Below are positions 54,692 to 64,000 of a stretch of DNA of 64,000 nucleotides, one piece after another (the stretch's first letter is position 1; every line of letters begins with the position of its first letter). A model generated the notes under the pieces. It was not told where the DNA came from. It did no database searches and worked only from the letters and a program-made list of their open reading frames with translations. The stretch is from a bacterium (lineage in GTDB: Bacteria; J088; JAWLBW01). The DNA lies in the NCBI GenBank assembly GCA_041690355.1, contig JAWLHK010000006.1, forward strand, positions 186,001 through 250,000, read 5' to 3'. Position numbers and translations under genes: made by a program.

Positions 54692-55424
54692 CACCCATTG
54701 CACGCAGCGTACGTGCGACCGCCTGTCGCCGGTCTGGCGCGAGCTCAACGACAAGGCCGATCTCTTTCTCGTCGCCGGCGACCTCACGACGACCGGCACG
54801 GCGCAGGAGGCCGAGATTCTCGCCCGCGAGCTGTCGGTGGTCGACGTGCCGGTGGCCGTCGTCCTCGGCAATCATGATTACCATGCCGGAGCCGAGGGCG
54901 AAGTCACCCGGATCCTGCGCGATGCCGGCATTCACGTGCTCGAGGGTGACTCGCTCACGCTGCAGATCAACGGCGAGTCGGTCGGCGTCGCGGGCATCAA
55001 GGGGTTCGGCGGCGGGTTCGTCGGGGCCTGCGCCACCGACTTCGGCGAGCCCGAGATGAAGTCGTTCGTGCGCCACGGTACCCGGGCCGCCGCGCGGCTG
55101 CGCGACGCACTGGCGCGTCTCGACACCGACTATCGCATCGTGCTCATGCACTACAGCCCCATCGACACGACGCTGAATGGAGAGCCGCCGCCGATCTATC
55201 CGTTTCTGGGAAGCTATCTCTTCGCCGAGGTCGTCGACGAGATCGGGGCCGACCTGGTGCTGCACGGGCATGCGCATCACGGGTCGGAGAAGGGGGTGAC
55301 CGCGCGGGGCATTCCCGTGCGCAACGTCGCCATGCCGCTCGTGCGCCATCCCTACGTCATGTTCCACCTCGAGCACACCGAGGGCTACCTGCCGTTTCCG
55401 ATCCGGCTCACCGAACACCGATAG
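54666..55424 (+). CDS. Calcineurin-like metallophosphoesterase
   Basis: ADTH, AGDLT, LGNHD, MHYSP, HGHAHHG. Confidence 0.92.
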   Translation: MIRLAAIADTHCTQRTCDRLSPVWRELNDKADLFLVAGDLTTTGTAQEAEILARELSVVDVPVAVVLGNHDYHAGAEGEVTRILRDAGIHVLEGDSLTLQINGESVGVAGIKGFGGGFVGACATDFGEPEMKSFVRHGTRAAARLRDALARLDTDYRIVLMHYSPIDTTLNGEPPPIYPFLGSYLFAEVVDEIGADLVLHGHAHHGSEKGVTARGIPVRNVAMPLVRHPYVMFHLEHTEGYLPFPIRLTEHR

Positions 55425-55429
55425 AAGGA

Positions 55430-55559
55430 CAGTCGTCAGTCTTCGGTCACAGGTCTTCCGTCAGGATTCGCGTCACGTGGCAGACAGACACGATGAAGGG
55501 ACTCGCCGGCCGACTGCGGACTGACGACTGACGATTCAGGATGGCGACTGAGGACTGGC
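55430..55559. repeat. Heptamer (GACTGAC) repeats in inverted arrangement
   Basis: CAGTCGTCAGTC (55430-41) is the reverse complement of GACTGACGACTG (55519-30); further degenerate units to 55559. Confidence 0.75.
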
Positions 55560-55617
55560 AACGGAGTCAGCCCTCCGCCACATGTCCATCCGCGGACGCA
55601 CTTGCTACAATGGCGCG

Positions 55618-56874
55618 ATGGGTTCCATCCTGCGCTCCGTATTCACCGGCCGCATGCTCGTCGTGCTGCTGATGGGTTTCTCGTCCGGGCTTCCGCTCAT
55701 GCTCATCGGCAGCACGCTGAAGGCCTGGCTGCGGCAGGAGGGGATCGACCTGTCGACCATCGGCTTCTTCTCGCTCGCCGGACTTCCGTACACGGTGAAG
55801 TTTCTCTGGGCGCCGCTGATGGATCGCTACGTGCCCGGCCTGCTCGGCCGGCGCCGCGGATGGCTGCTGATCGCGCAGATTGCGCTGATGGCCGGATTCG
55901 CCGGCATGGCGAGCATCGAGCCGGCGTCGTCGCTGCAGACCCTGGCCGTGCTCGCCGTGATCGTCGGGTTCTTCAGTGCGAGCCAGGACATCGCCGTCGA
56001 CGCGTACCGCCGCGAGGTCCTGCGGGATGAGGAGCTCGGCTTCGGATCATCCCTTGCCATCAACGGCTACCGCGTCGCCATTTACGTCTCGGGCGCACTC
56101 GCGCTCATTCTGGCGGGGCTTTTCTCCTGGCAGACGACCTATCTGCTCATGGCCGGCTTCATGGTCATCGGTTTTCTGACGACCATCTTCGCCCCCGAAC
56201 CGGTGACCGAAGAGGCGCCGCCGCGCAGTCTGCGCGAAGCGGTCGTCGGACCCTTTCGGGACTTCTTCTCCCGGAAAGGCGCCATCGCGATTCTCGCCTT
56301 CATTCTGCTGTACAAACTCGGCGACTCGATGGCCAGCGAGATGATGAACCCCTTTTACATCGATACGGGTTTTTCGCTGGAGGAGATCGGGGCCATCGCC
56401 AAGACGCTCGGTCTCATGGGTACCTTCGGCGGCGCAGCGGTCGGCGGCCTGCTCATGATCCGCCTCGGCATCGCCCGGTCGCTCTGGGTGTTCGGCGTGC
56501 TGCAGGCGGTATCCACGGCCTGTTTCGCCTTTCTCGCCATGGTCGGCCACAGCATCCCGATGCTGTCGCTGGTCATCGGTTTCGAGACCTTCTCGGGGGG
56601 GATGGGGACGGCCGCCTACGCCGGGTTCATGGCCAGCATCACGAACCGGCGCTTCACGGCCACGCAGTATGCGCTGCTGACCAGCCTCATGGGGGTGCCG
56701 CGCGTGATCTTCGGGGCCACCACCGGCGTGCTCGCCGAGGCCATGGGCTGGCAGGGGTTCTTCGTCTTCTGTACGGTCATCGCGTTGCCGGGCATGCTGC
56801 TTCTTCTTCAGGTAGCCCCGTGGTCGCAGCCGGCCCCCGGAGAGCCGGCGAAGCCTGTGCGCGAATCGGCCTGA
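55618..56874 (+). CDS. ampG: AmpG-family muropeptide MFS transporter
   Basis: MGFSSGLPL, KFLWAPLMD, GRRRGW, SASQDIAVDAYR, LYKLGD, FTATQYALLTSL. Confidence 0.94.
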   Translation: MGSILRSVFTGRMLVVLLMGFSSGLPLMLIGSTLKAWLRQEGIDLSTIGFFSLAGLPYTVKFLWAPLMDRYVPGLLGRRRGWLLIAQIALMAGFAGMASIEPASSLQTLAVLAVIVGFFSASQDIAVDAYRREVLRDEELGFGSSLAINGYRVAIYVSGALALILAGLFSWQTTYLLMAGFMVIGFLTTIFAPEPVTEEAPPRSLREAVVGPFRDFFSRKGAIAILAFILLYKLGDSMASEMMNPFYIDTGFSLEEIGAIAKTLGLMGTFGGAAVGGLLMIRLGIARSLWVFGVLQAVSTACFAFLAMVGHSIPMLSLVIGFETFSGGMGTAAYAGFMASITNRRFTATQYALLTSLMGVPRVIFGATTGVLAEAMGWQGFFVFCTVIALPGMLLLLQVAPWSQPAPGEPAKPVRESA

Positions 56875-57017
56875 GAAAACGTCCCGAGCCCCCGCCTCGA
56901 ACGCGTCCATAAGGCGCCGCTCACCCTTGTCCGCCCGGGTGCCGGCTGCTACAGTACAGAGATACGCTCCTGTTTCCTGCCCCTCGGCTTGCAGGGGCGC
57001 CTTTGTGACGCACCCGT

Positions 57018-57548
57018 GTGACGCACCCGATGGAGCAACCTCCTTTCCCCTTCAAGAACCCGGTCGAGGGCTATCTGCGGCTGACCGCCGACGGCGTCTG
57101 GCTGTACAAAGGCGAGCCGATCACGCACCCGGGCCTGGTTCATATTCTCGAGAGCAATTACGGTCACGGCCCCGAGGGGGGCTTCGAGGTGCGCCTCGGC
57201 TTCCAGCGCGTGACGGTCGAGGTCGAAGACACGCCGTACTTCATCCGCGCGCTCGAGTGCAACGGGGACGACTGCTGGATTCACGTGAACGACGGCACGC
57301 GCCAGGTGCTCGAGCCGGCACGCGTCTGCATCGGCGCACACGATCGAACCTACGTGACGCTCCCGTCCGGTGACGACGCGCGGTTCCTGCGCAAGGCCGA
57401 GCTCGACCTGGGCGCATTTCTCGAGGAACAGGACGGCAGGCTCGGTCTGCGTCTCGGCGGGCGCTGGACGCCCCTCGGGTCGCGCGATTCGGGCGCGGCT
57501 CTGGCGTCTCGGGCCGGGGCGGACGAAAGCGAAAAGGGGGCGTCGTGA
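57018..57548 (+). CDS. DUF1285-like protein
   Basis: LRLTADGVWLYKGEPITH, VEVEDTPYF, ARFLR; start GTG 57018 or ATG 57030; overlaps the PGM start (GTGA). Confidence 0.72.
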   Translation: MTHPMEQPPFPFKNPVEGYLRLTADGVWLYKGEPITHPGLVHILESNYGHGPEGGFEVRLGFQRVTVEVEDTPYFIRALECNGDDCWIHVNDGTRQVLEPARVCIGAHDRTYVTLPSGDDARFLRKAELDLGAFLEEQDGRLGLRLGGRWTPLGSRDSGAALASRAGADESEKGAS

Positions 57549-58969
57549 AGCCGATCCAGTTCGGTACGAGCGGCTGGCGCGCTCTCTACCATACGGATTT
57601 CACCTGGGCGAACATCGACCGCGTGCTCCAGGCCATCGCCGAAGAAGCATCCCGCTCGCCCCGCGCGGCCGCCGGGGTCGCCGTCGGCTACGACGTACGC
57701 TTCATGGGGCGCAGCTTTGCCGAGCGCGCCTGCGAGATTCTGGCCGGCAACGGGTTGCGCGCAGTGCTGCCGCCGCGCGACATTCCCACGCCGGTGCTGA
57801 GCCACCTGATTGTCTCCCGCAAGCTGGCGGGGGGCGTCAACTTCACGGCAAGCCACAATCCTGCGGAATACAACGGCATCAAATATTCCCCCGAGAGCGG
57901 CGGCCCCGCGCTTCCCGAAACGACCCGGCGAATCGAGGCGCGTATCGCCGAGCTGGGCGAAGCCGACGTGCGCGGCCTTTCGCTGGCCGACGCGCGCGCC
58001 CGCGGCCTCGTCGAAGACGTCGACCCCCGCCACGATTACTTCGCGGCGCTCGACGCCCTGGTCCAGCACAAAGTGTTCTCGCGGCTGCGGGGCCGGCGCA
58101 TCGCCGTCGATTGCAAGTACGCGGTCGCGAGAGGGTACCTCGACGATTATCTGAGCGAGCGCGGCGTGGGGGTGCTGAGCCTGCACGCCACGGCCGACCC
58201 GTATTTCGGCGGTGAGCACCCCGAACCCGCGGCGGGGCACGTCGATGCGCTCCAGGCCTTCGTTCGCGAGCACGGCGACGTCGTGCTCGGGCTCGCCTGT
58301 GACGGCGATGCCGATCGCTTCGGCATCGTCGACGGCGACGGCACCTTCGTCGAAGCCAACGTCGTGCTCGCCGTGCTGCTCGATTATCTCGTGACCAGCC
58401 GCGGGTGGACCGGCGCCGTGGCCCGCAGCGTGGCGACGACGCACCTGATCGACGCGGTCGCGCGCCATCACGGCCTGCTCGTGCACGAGACCCCCGTCGG
58501 CTTCAAGTACATCGGCGACCTGCTGACCCGCGGCGAAATCGTTTTCGGGGGTGAAGAAAGCGCCGGGCTTACGATTCAGGGGCATCTACCCGAGAAGGAC
58601 GGCATCCTCGCCTGCGTCCTGGTGGCCGAAATGGTTTCGGCGACCGGGCGAAGCGTCGGCGACCTCGTGGCCGACCTGTTTCAACGGGTCGGTGCCGTTC
58701 ATGACCGGCGCGCCGGCCTCAAGCTGACCCCCGATATGACGGCGGCCTTCGCGTCGCGGATAGATGCCCCCCCGGCCGAGATCGCCGGGCGCAAGGTCTT
58801 GAAAATCGACCGCACCGACGGCACCAAGCTGCTGCTCGATTCCGGCGAATGGGTGCTGCTGCGCAAGTCGGGTACGGAACCGCTCGTGCGGCTTTATGCG
58901 GAATCGACGCAGCCCGCGCGGCTCGATCCGCTGCTGCAGGCCTGCGCCGCTTGGCTGGGCGCCGCCTGA
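57545..58969 (+). CDS. Phosphoglucomutase/phosphomannomutase family protein
   Basis: FGTSGWR, TASHNP, DGDADR, GFKY, GGEES, RKSGTEP. Confidence 0.95.
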   Translation: MKPIQFGTSGWRALYHTDFTWANIDRVLQAIAEEASRSPRAAAGVAVGYDVRFMGRSFAERACEILAGNGLRAVLPPRDIPTPVLSHLIVSRKLAGGVNFTASHNPAEYNGIKYSPESGGPALPETTRRIEARIAELGEADVRGLSLADARARGLVEDVDPRHDYFAALDALVQHKVFSRLRGRRIAVDCKYAVARGYLDDYLSERGVGVLSLHATADPYFGGEHPEPAAGHVDALQAFVREHGDVVLGLACDGDADRFGIVDGDGTFVEANVVLAVLLDYLVTSRGWTGAVARSVATTHLIDAVARHHGLLVHETPVGFKYIGDLLTRGEIVFGGEESAGLTIQGHLPEKDGILACVLVAEMVSATGRSVGDLVADLFQRVGAVHDRRAGLKLTPDMTAAFASRIDAPPAEIAGRKVLKIDRTDGTKLLLDSGEWVLLRKSGTEPLVRLYAESTQPARLDPLLQACAAWLGAA

Positions 58970-58992
58970 TTTCGCGTTCCGGGAGAAGACCG

Positions 58993-60015
58993 ATGCGACA
59001 GATCTGGATTTCGAAGACCGGCGGCCCCGAGATGCTCGAGCTGCGCGAGGCGCCCGACCCCGCGCCGGGTCCGGGCGAAGTGCGCATCCGGGTCGAGCGC
59101 GCCGGGGTCAACTTCGCCGACATCATGGCACGCCAGGGGCTTTATCCCGATGCGCCCAGGCTCCCCGCCGTGGTGGGATACGAGGTGGCGGGAAACATCG
59201 ATGCCATCGGCGCCGGCGTGCGCGAGTTCAAGGCCGGCGACCCCGTGCTGGCCATCACCCGCTTCGGCGGCTACAGCGATACGGTCTGCGTGCCCGAAGC
59301 GCAGGCCTTCTGGCGACCGGCCGGAATGTCGGCCGATCAGGGGGCCGCATTTCCGGTCGTCTACCTGACGGCCTACCAGATGCTCGTGGCCATGGGGCGC
59401 GTGGGCCCGGGTCAGCGGGTGCTCATCCATCAGGCGGCCGGCGGGGTCGGGCTCGCCGCGCTGGATATCTGCCAGGTATTGCTGGCGACCACGTTCGGCA
59501 CCGCCTCGGCTTCGAAGCACGAGTTTCTTCTCGAACGCGGGCTCGATTTCGCCATCGACTACCACGCCCGTGACTTCGTGGCCGAAGTGCACCGGCTCAC
59601 CGACGGCAAAGGGGTGCACGCGGCGCTCGACCCGGTCGGCGGCGAATCGTGGCGGCGCAGCTACGAAACCCTGGCGCCGACGGGGCGCCTCGTGATCTTC
59701 GGGTTCTCGAGCCTCGTGCACGGCGGCGAGCGATCGCTGCGCCGGCTCATCGAGCGCGTCATCCGCACGCCGTGGATCAAGTTCAACCCGCTGACGCTCA
59801 TGAACGAGAACAAGGGGATTCTCGGCGCCAACCTGGGCCACATGTGGGATCAGGTGCCGACCATGCGCGCGTGGATGAAGGAACTGCTCGACTGGTATCT
59901 GGAAGGAAAGCTGCACCCGCACGTCGACCGCGTGTTCCCCCTCGACCAGGCGGGCGATGCCCACCGGTACGTGGAAGAACGGCGCAACATCGGCAAGGTG
60001 CTTCTGGCCCCCTGA
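58993..60015 (+). CDS. Medium-chain dehydrogenase/reductase, VAT-1/quinone oxidoreductase-like
   Basis: GVNFAD, GYEVAG, HQAAGGVG, RNIGKVLL. Confidence 0.92.
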   Translation: MRQIWISKTGGPEMLELREAPDPAPGPGEVRIRVERAGVNFADIMARQGLYPDAPRLPAVVGYEVAGNIDAIGAGVREFKAGDPVLAITRFGGYSDTVCVPEAQAFWRPAGMSADQGAAFPVVYLTAYQMLVAMGRVGPGQRVLIHQAAGGVGLAALDICQVLLATTFGTASASKHEFLLERGLDFAIDYHARDFVAEVHRLTDGKGVHAALDPVGGESWRRSYETLAPTGRLVIFGFSSLVHGGERSLRRLIERVIRTPWIKFNPLTLMNENKGILGANLGHMWDQVPTMRAWMKELLDWYLEGKLHPHVDRVFPLDQAGDAHRYVEERRNIGKVLLAP

Positions 60016-60062
60016 GTCGGGCGGCAGCGCAGGGGTCGCTATCGGCGAAGACCGTGACCCTG

Positions 60063-61127
60063 CTAGGGAACCCGCCAGGAAACCGCCGGGATGGTGACTA
60101 CCATCGAGGCGATTCCCTTGAGCTTCGGATTTTTCGCGTCGGCGACCTTGATCTGCACGGTGAGCGTTGCCGCTCCGTAGCAGGTCGAACCGTTGCAGGT
60201 GGCTTCGGTCCACTCGTCGACGCTGATGCTCACCTGGGCGGTCTCGGCGCCGAGCCGGGCCACCCGGTAGCGTTTTTCGCAGATCAGCTCGAAATTGACC
60301 AGGTTGAAGAGCAGGCCGAGGTCGGTGCCGACGCCGGGCGCCACCGGGTCGGTGGTCGTTCCGTTGAAACCCAGATACGAGCCGCGTTCGCCGGTGATCG
60401 AGATGTTCAGATCGTTCGGGTTGTTTGCGCCGTAGGTCATCAGGATATCGATGCCCGGATCGAGCATGGGCACCCGGTGATAGCAGACGACCCGGTCGTC
60501 GTCGAGCACTTCGAGAATCATCGTGTCAGGGGTCGGCTCCAGGCTCGGGAGCGGTTCGATGAGCGCCACGAAAGGGCTCAGGCTGTAGGTGTTGCCGGCC
60601 AGGGTCTTCGTGTCGGAGTCGATGCTCAGGTTCGCCAGATCTTCCCACCCCGTGGTGGCATCCTTATGCCCGATGAACACGCGTTCGAACGCCGCGCCGC
60701 TGACCTCTTCGGCGTAGGGCACGGTCACCCGGGCGGGCAGGGCGAGTCGTCCCGTATCCCACTTGCCCTCGAGCATGCGCACCTCGGCCTCGACCACCGG
60801 TCCGATGGGGGTCCCGTCTGTCAGGTCGACGGCAAAGCTTGCCGCGTGCTGAATGATGAGCATGGCGTCAGCGACGGTGCGCGGCAGCGCCCCGCCCGGG
60901 ATGGCAACCGCCGCCCCCTGAATCGGGCTGCCCTCGGTCGTGATGCGCAGTTGAACCGGGTCGCCGCCCCGAAAGCGGATGGCGTCGCCCCCGGCGGCCC
61001 GGGCCGCTTTGCGCGCTTTTTCGAAGGCGGCGCGCTTCATGTCTTCGGCGGCATCTTCGGCCGTGCTGCAGGCGGCGAGAAGAAGCGGGGCGATCAGAAG
61101 CGTACGAAGGAAAAGGGAGTTGCGCAT
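60063..61127 (-). CDS. Hypothetical lipoprotein with ZU5-like domain
   Basis: LLAA-C lipobox; GAAVAIPGGAL...PIGPVV...VTVPY...W..L...SLSPF pattern. Confidence 0.75.
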   Translation of the reverse strand: MRNSLFLRTLLIAPLLLAACSTAEDAAEDMKRAAFEKARKAARAAGGDAIRFRGGDPVQLRITTEGSPIQGAAVAIPGGALPRTVADAMLIIQHAASFAVDLTDGTPIGPVVEAEVRMLEGKWDTGRLALPARVTVPYAEEVSGAAFERVFIGHKDATTGWEDLANLSIDSDTKTLAGNTYSLSPFVALIEPLPSLEPTPDTMILEVLDDDRVVCYHRVPMLDPGIDILMTYGANNPNDLNISITGERGSYLGFNGTTTDPVAPGVGTDLGLLFNLVNFELICEKRYRVARLGAETAQVSISVDEWTEATCNGSTCYGAATLTVQIKVADAKNPKLKGIASMVVTIPAVSWRVP

Positions 61128-61225
61128 GGGCCTCGGGTAGCGAAGGGGTCCGGGAGTCGCAATGATTTTCCCACCCGGGGCGCGACCGGTCAAGTGCGGC
61201 GCAAGGCCGAGCCCTTTGCCGGAAC

Positions 61226-62707
61226 TCAAGCCGCCGTGGCCGCCGTTTCGGGACGCCAGTCAGAAAAATAGCGGGCCGGAGGGACCCAGCCCCCGAAGGC
61301 GCGTTCGAGCTCGAGCCCCGCGGCGATGGTGACGTGATCATTGCCGTCGATGCCGACAACCTGCACCCCCAGCGGAAGCCCGGCGGCGTTGAGCCCGAGC
61401 GGCGTCTGCGTCACCGGAAGCTCCATCACGTTGAGGATGGCCGTGTAGACCCAGTTGAACGGCATGGCCAGGGGGCGCAGGTGGCTCGGCGCAGGGTGGG
61501 AGTAGGAGGGGAACAGCAGGATGCCGTCGCTGCCGATGAGCGACGTCAGTTCCGCGCGCAGGGCCACGCCCATCTCGACGAATTTCTGCATCCGCTTCGG
61601 CATCAGCTTGTTGAGCGGCTCGATGGCGGCCAGGATGAGCGCGGGCAGCGTGTGATCCGATTTGCGCACCGACCACTTGAGCATTTCCTTGAGCACGCCG
61701 ATCTCTTCGCCGCCGCCCATCATGCTCGAGAACGACGGACCGCCGGCCGCGCCCAGCATCGCCCCCCAGATGTCGAAGGAGTGCTTGAGCTTGTCGATGC
61801 GCACGGTGCGCACCTCGCAGCCGAGCGAGGCGAAGTGTTCGGCGGCCCGTTTCTGGGCGGCCATGAGGTCGGGATCCACTTTTACCGCGCCGTTCTCTTC
61901 GATGTTGATGACCCGCAGCTTCCGGACATCCACCTCGGCCGGATCGCCAAGGGTGCGGTCCTTGCATGCGGCATCTTCCGGGTCCGATCCGGCAAGGATC
62001 CGCAGGAGCGGCATCAGGTCTTCGGCGCGGCGGGCGAGGGGACCCGTCGTCAGAAACGGCTGGGCCTCTTCTGCGGCGATGGGGAACTGACCGGCATTGG
62101 GGATCATGAGGCTCGACGGTTTGTGCCCGAAGACTCCGTTGAAGAAGGCGGGCATCCGGATGGAGCCGCCCACATCCGAACCGAGGCCGAACGGCGATGC
62201 GCCCGAACCCACGATGGCCCCTTCACCGCCCGAGCTGCCGCCGACGATGCGGGTCGGGTCGTAGGGATTGTTCGTGCGCCCGTAGATGCGGTTGTGGGTT
62301 TCCATCCACATGCAGAGCTCGGGCACGTTCGTGATGCCGAGGGGGATGCCGCCGGCCTGGCGGATGCGCCGTACCGTGGGGGCGTCTTTCTGCGCGATCG
62401 TATCCTTCCGCGACACCAGCCCGCCCGTCTGGCGGAAGCCTTCGAACCCGAAGCACTCCTTGATGGTGCAGGGTACGCCGTGGAATACGGGGAGGTTTTC
62501 GGCGCCCTTTTCCTTCAGCGTCCTGTCGGCCCGATCGGCGTCGGCGAGGGCCTGCTCGAACCGATCCCAGACGATGGCGTTGAGTTCGGGATTGACGGTT
62601 TTCGCGTGCTGGACGTGCGTTTCGACCGCTTCACGGGAGGTGATCTCACCGGTGCGGATCAGTTCGGCCAGGCGCGAGGCGCTGAGGGTCAGGAGCGTCT
62701 TGTTCAT
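61226..62707 (-). CDS. Amidase signature family enzyme (FAAH2-like)
   Basis: GVPCTIKE, GGSSGGEGA, GSDVGGSIRMPA (Ser-cisSer-Lys triad). Confidence 0.94.
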   Translation of the reverse strand: MNKTLLTLSASRLAELIRTGEITSREAVETHVQHAKTVNPELNAIVWDRFEQALADADRADRTLKEKGAENLPVFHGVPCTIKECFGFEGFRQTGGLVSRKDTIAQKDAPTVRRIRQAGGIPLGITNVPELCMWMETHNRIYGRTNNPYDPTRIVGGSSGGEGAIVGSGASPFGLGSDVGGSIRMPAFFNGVFGHKPSSLMIPNAGQFPIAAEEAQPFLTTGPLARRAEDLMPLLRILAGSDPEDAACKDRTLGDPAEVDVRKLRVINIEENGAVKVDPDLMAAQKRAAEHFASLGCEVRTVRIDKLKHSFDIWGAMLGAAGGPSFSSMMGGGEEIGVLKEMLKWSVRKSDHTLPALILAAIEPLNKLMPKRMQKFVEMGVALRAELTSLIGSDGILLFPSYSHPAPSHLRPLAMPFNWVYTAILNVMELPVTQTPLGLNAAGLPLGVQVVGIDGNDHVTIAAGLELERAFGGWVPPARYFSDWRPETAATAA

Positions 62708-62904
62708 AAGCCCTCAGGGTAGCCGGGAGGCGGGTGCGGGGTCAACTGGTGCGCGGCGGACTTGAGGAGGAGGGGGAGAGTGGGGGAGTGGGAGAGTGGG
62801 GGAGAAACAAGGGACGGAACGAACCAAGGCGCGCGTCACGGGTGAAGCGCCAAGCCCCAAGCACCAACGAAGCAGGCGCCTTCTACAACAGGTCCTTTCC
62901 GGCA

Positions 62905-62930
62905 AATCGTCAATCGTAAATTGTCAATCG
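62905..62930. repeat. Heptamer tandem repeat (AATCGTC-like)
   Basis: aatcgtc aatcgta aattgtc aatcg. Confidence 0.65.
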
Positions 62931-62932
62931 GC

Positions 62933-62961
62933 TTGCCCGTCCCGCACCGGATTGATACGAT
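62933..62961 (+). promoter_or_regulatory. sigma70-type promoter of dnaE
   Basis: TTGCCC-17 nt-(TG.)TACGAT. Confidence 0.6.
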
Positions 62962-63006
62962 CCTACCCTTAGTTTCCCTCCCTGTTCCCCCGCAAGGAAG
63001 TATCCC

Positions 63007-64000
63007 ATGGGTTCGAATCAGAGCTTCGTGCACCTGCACCTGCACACCCAGTACTCGCTGCTCGACGGCGCCATCAAGATTCCGGCTTTGATGAAGAAAA
63101 CCAATGACTTCGCGCTTCCCGCGGTGGCCATGACCGACCACGGCAACCTCTTCGGTGCCGTTGAGCTTATCGATCAGTCGAAGAAGGCGGGGGTGAAGGG
63201 GATCATCGGCTGCGAGGTCTACGTCGCGCCCGAAAGCCGTTTCGACAAGAAGGTGGTCGAGGGGTTCGAAAAAGCCTACCACCTCGTGCTTCTCGTGCAG
63301 GACGAAACCGGCTACAAGAACCTGTGCAAGCTGGTCTCGCGCGCCAACCTCGAAGGGTTCTACTACCGCCCCCGCATCGATAAGGAGTTGCTGCGGGATC
63401 ACTCCGACGGCCTGATTGCACTCTCGGGATGCCTTGCCGGCGAGGTCGCCCGTGAAATCGCCCGCGACGACCTGACCCGCGCCCGCAACGTGATCGACGA
63501 ATACAAGGACATGTTCGGCGACCGTTACTACCTCGAGGTTCAGAAGAACGGCATCGGGCTGCAGGACAAGGTCAACGACCAGTTGCGCAGCTTCAGCCAG
63601 GAGCTCAACATCCCCCTGGTGGGTACGGCCGACTGCCACTACCTGACCAAGGAAGACGCCAAGGCCCACGAGATGCTCCTCTGCATCCAGACGGGCAGCA
63701 CGATTACCGATCCGAAGCGTTTCAAGATCGATTCCGAAGATTTGTACTACAAGTCGTCTGAGGAAATGCGTGAGGATTTCAAAGACTTCCCCGGGGCATG
63801 TGATAGTACGCTTGAGATTGCCGATCGGTGTGACTTCAAGTTCCAGACGAAGCACGTGTTCCCCAAATACCAGGTGGCCGAGGGGGTTTCGCTCGACGAC
63901 GAGATGGAGAAGCAGGCCCGCGACGGCCTCGAGCAGCGGCTCGCCTTCTGCCGCGCGAACTATACGGATTGGACGGAGGAGATCGAGCAGACCTACCGCC
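63007..64000 (+). CDS. dnaE: DNA polymerase III alpha subunit (5' part, runs off the window)
   Basis: My translation: MGSNQSFVHLHLHTQYSLLDGA...AMTDHGNLFG...IIGCEVY...FYYRPRID...LSGCLAGEV (PHP domain); absent from the ORF track because it has no stop in the window. Confidence 0.96.
   Translation, partial: MGSNQSFVHLHLHTQYSLLDGAIKIPALMKKTNDFALPAVAMTDHGNLFGAVELIDQSKKAGVKGIIGCEVYVAPESRFDKKVVEGFEKAYHLVLLVQDETGYKNLCKLVSRANLEGFYYRPRIDKELLRDHSDGLIALSGCLAGEVAREIARDDLTRARNVIDEYKDMFGDRYYLEVQKNGIGLQDKVNDQLRSFSQELNIPLVGTADCHYLTKEDAKAHEMLLCIQTGSTITDPKRFKIDSEDLYYKSSEEMREDFKDFPGACDSTLEIADRCDFKFQTKHVFPKYQVAEGVSLDDEMEKQARDGLEQRLAFCRANYTDWTEEIEQTYR

Noticed and set aside
62836-63855. 339-aa minus-strand ORF
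   Set aside because: Antisense shadow of dnaE
1-64000. rRNA, tRNA, IS elements, integrases, prophage genes
   Set aside because: None recognised; intergenic gaps are short and largely explained by promoters, terminators and short repeats

Overview
High-GC bacterial chromosomal window. Gene content (TIGR02266-like PilZ, REC-DUF4388 regulator, DUF4175-like protein, FHA-GAF adenylate cyclase, LpxC) suggests a diderm, deltaproteobacterial/Myxococcota-like organism; this taxonomy is inference only. It is densely coding, with about 45 genes. Housekeeping and metabolic genes include lpxC, thiolase, acyl-CoA carboxylase beta, HMG-CoA lyase, trpF-trpB-trpA, an AmiC-like amidase, glnD, citrate synthase, rpmB, ampG, PGM/PMM and the 5' part of dnaE. 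No rRNA, tRNA, CRISPR array, transposase or integrase was recognised. Most notable: (1) a 3752-aa lipoprotein (Ig/FN3 stalk, a delta-60 propeller inserted inside an Ig domain, 9 IPT/TIG, 14 Kelch-like repeats) divergent from a TPR/beta-barrel plus FecR-domain pair; (2) a tightly coupled 4-gene trans-envelope operon (two PelC/CsgG-fold lipoproteins, one OmpA-fused; REC-DUF4388-TM-TPR; PilZ); (3) an 877-aa protein joining an Arg/Gly-rich disordered region, a degenerate P-loop GTPase and NusA-type KH domains; (4) a nucleotidyltransferase-BON-metallophosphoesterase triad; (5) secreted proteins translationally coupled into the trp operon; (6) a sigma54 promoter on lpxC; (7) several apparently leaderless genes; (8) a nicotinamidase-fold pseudoenzyme; (9) dispersed heptamer repeats. 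Family assignments come from motif recognition by eye, not database searches.
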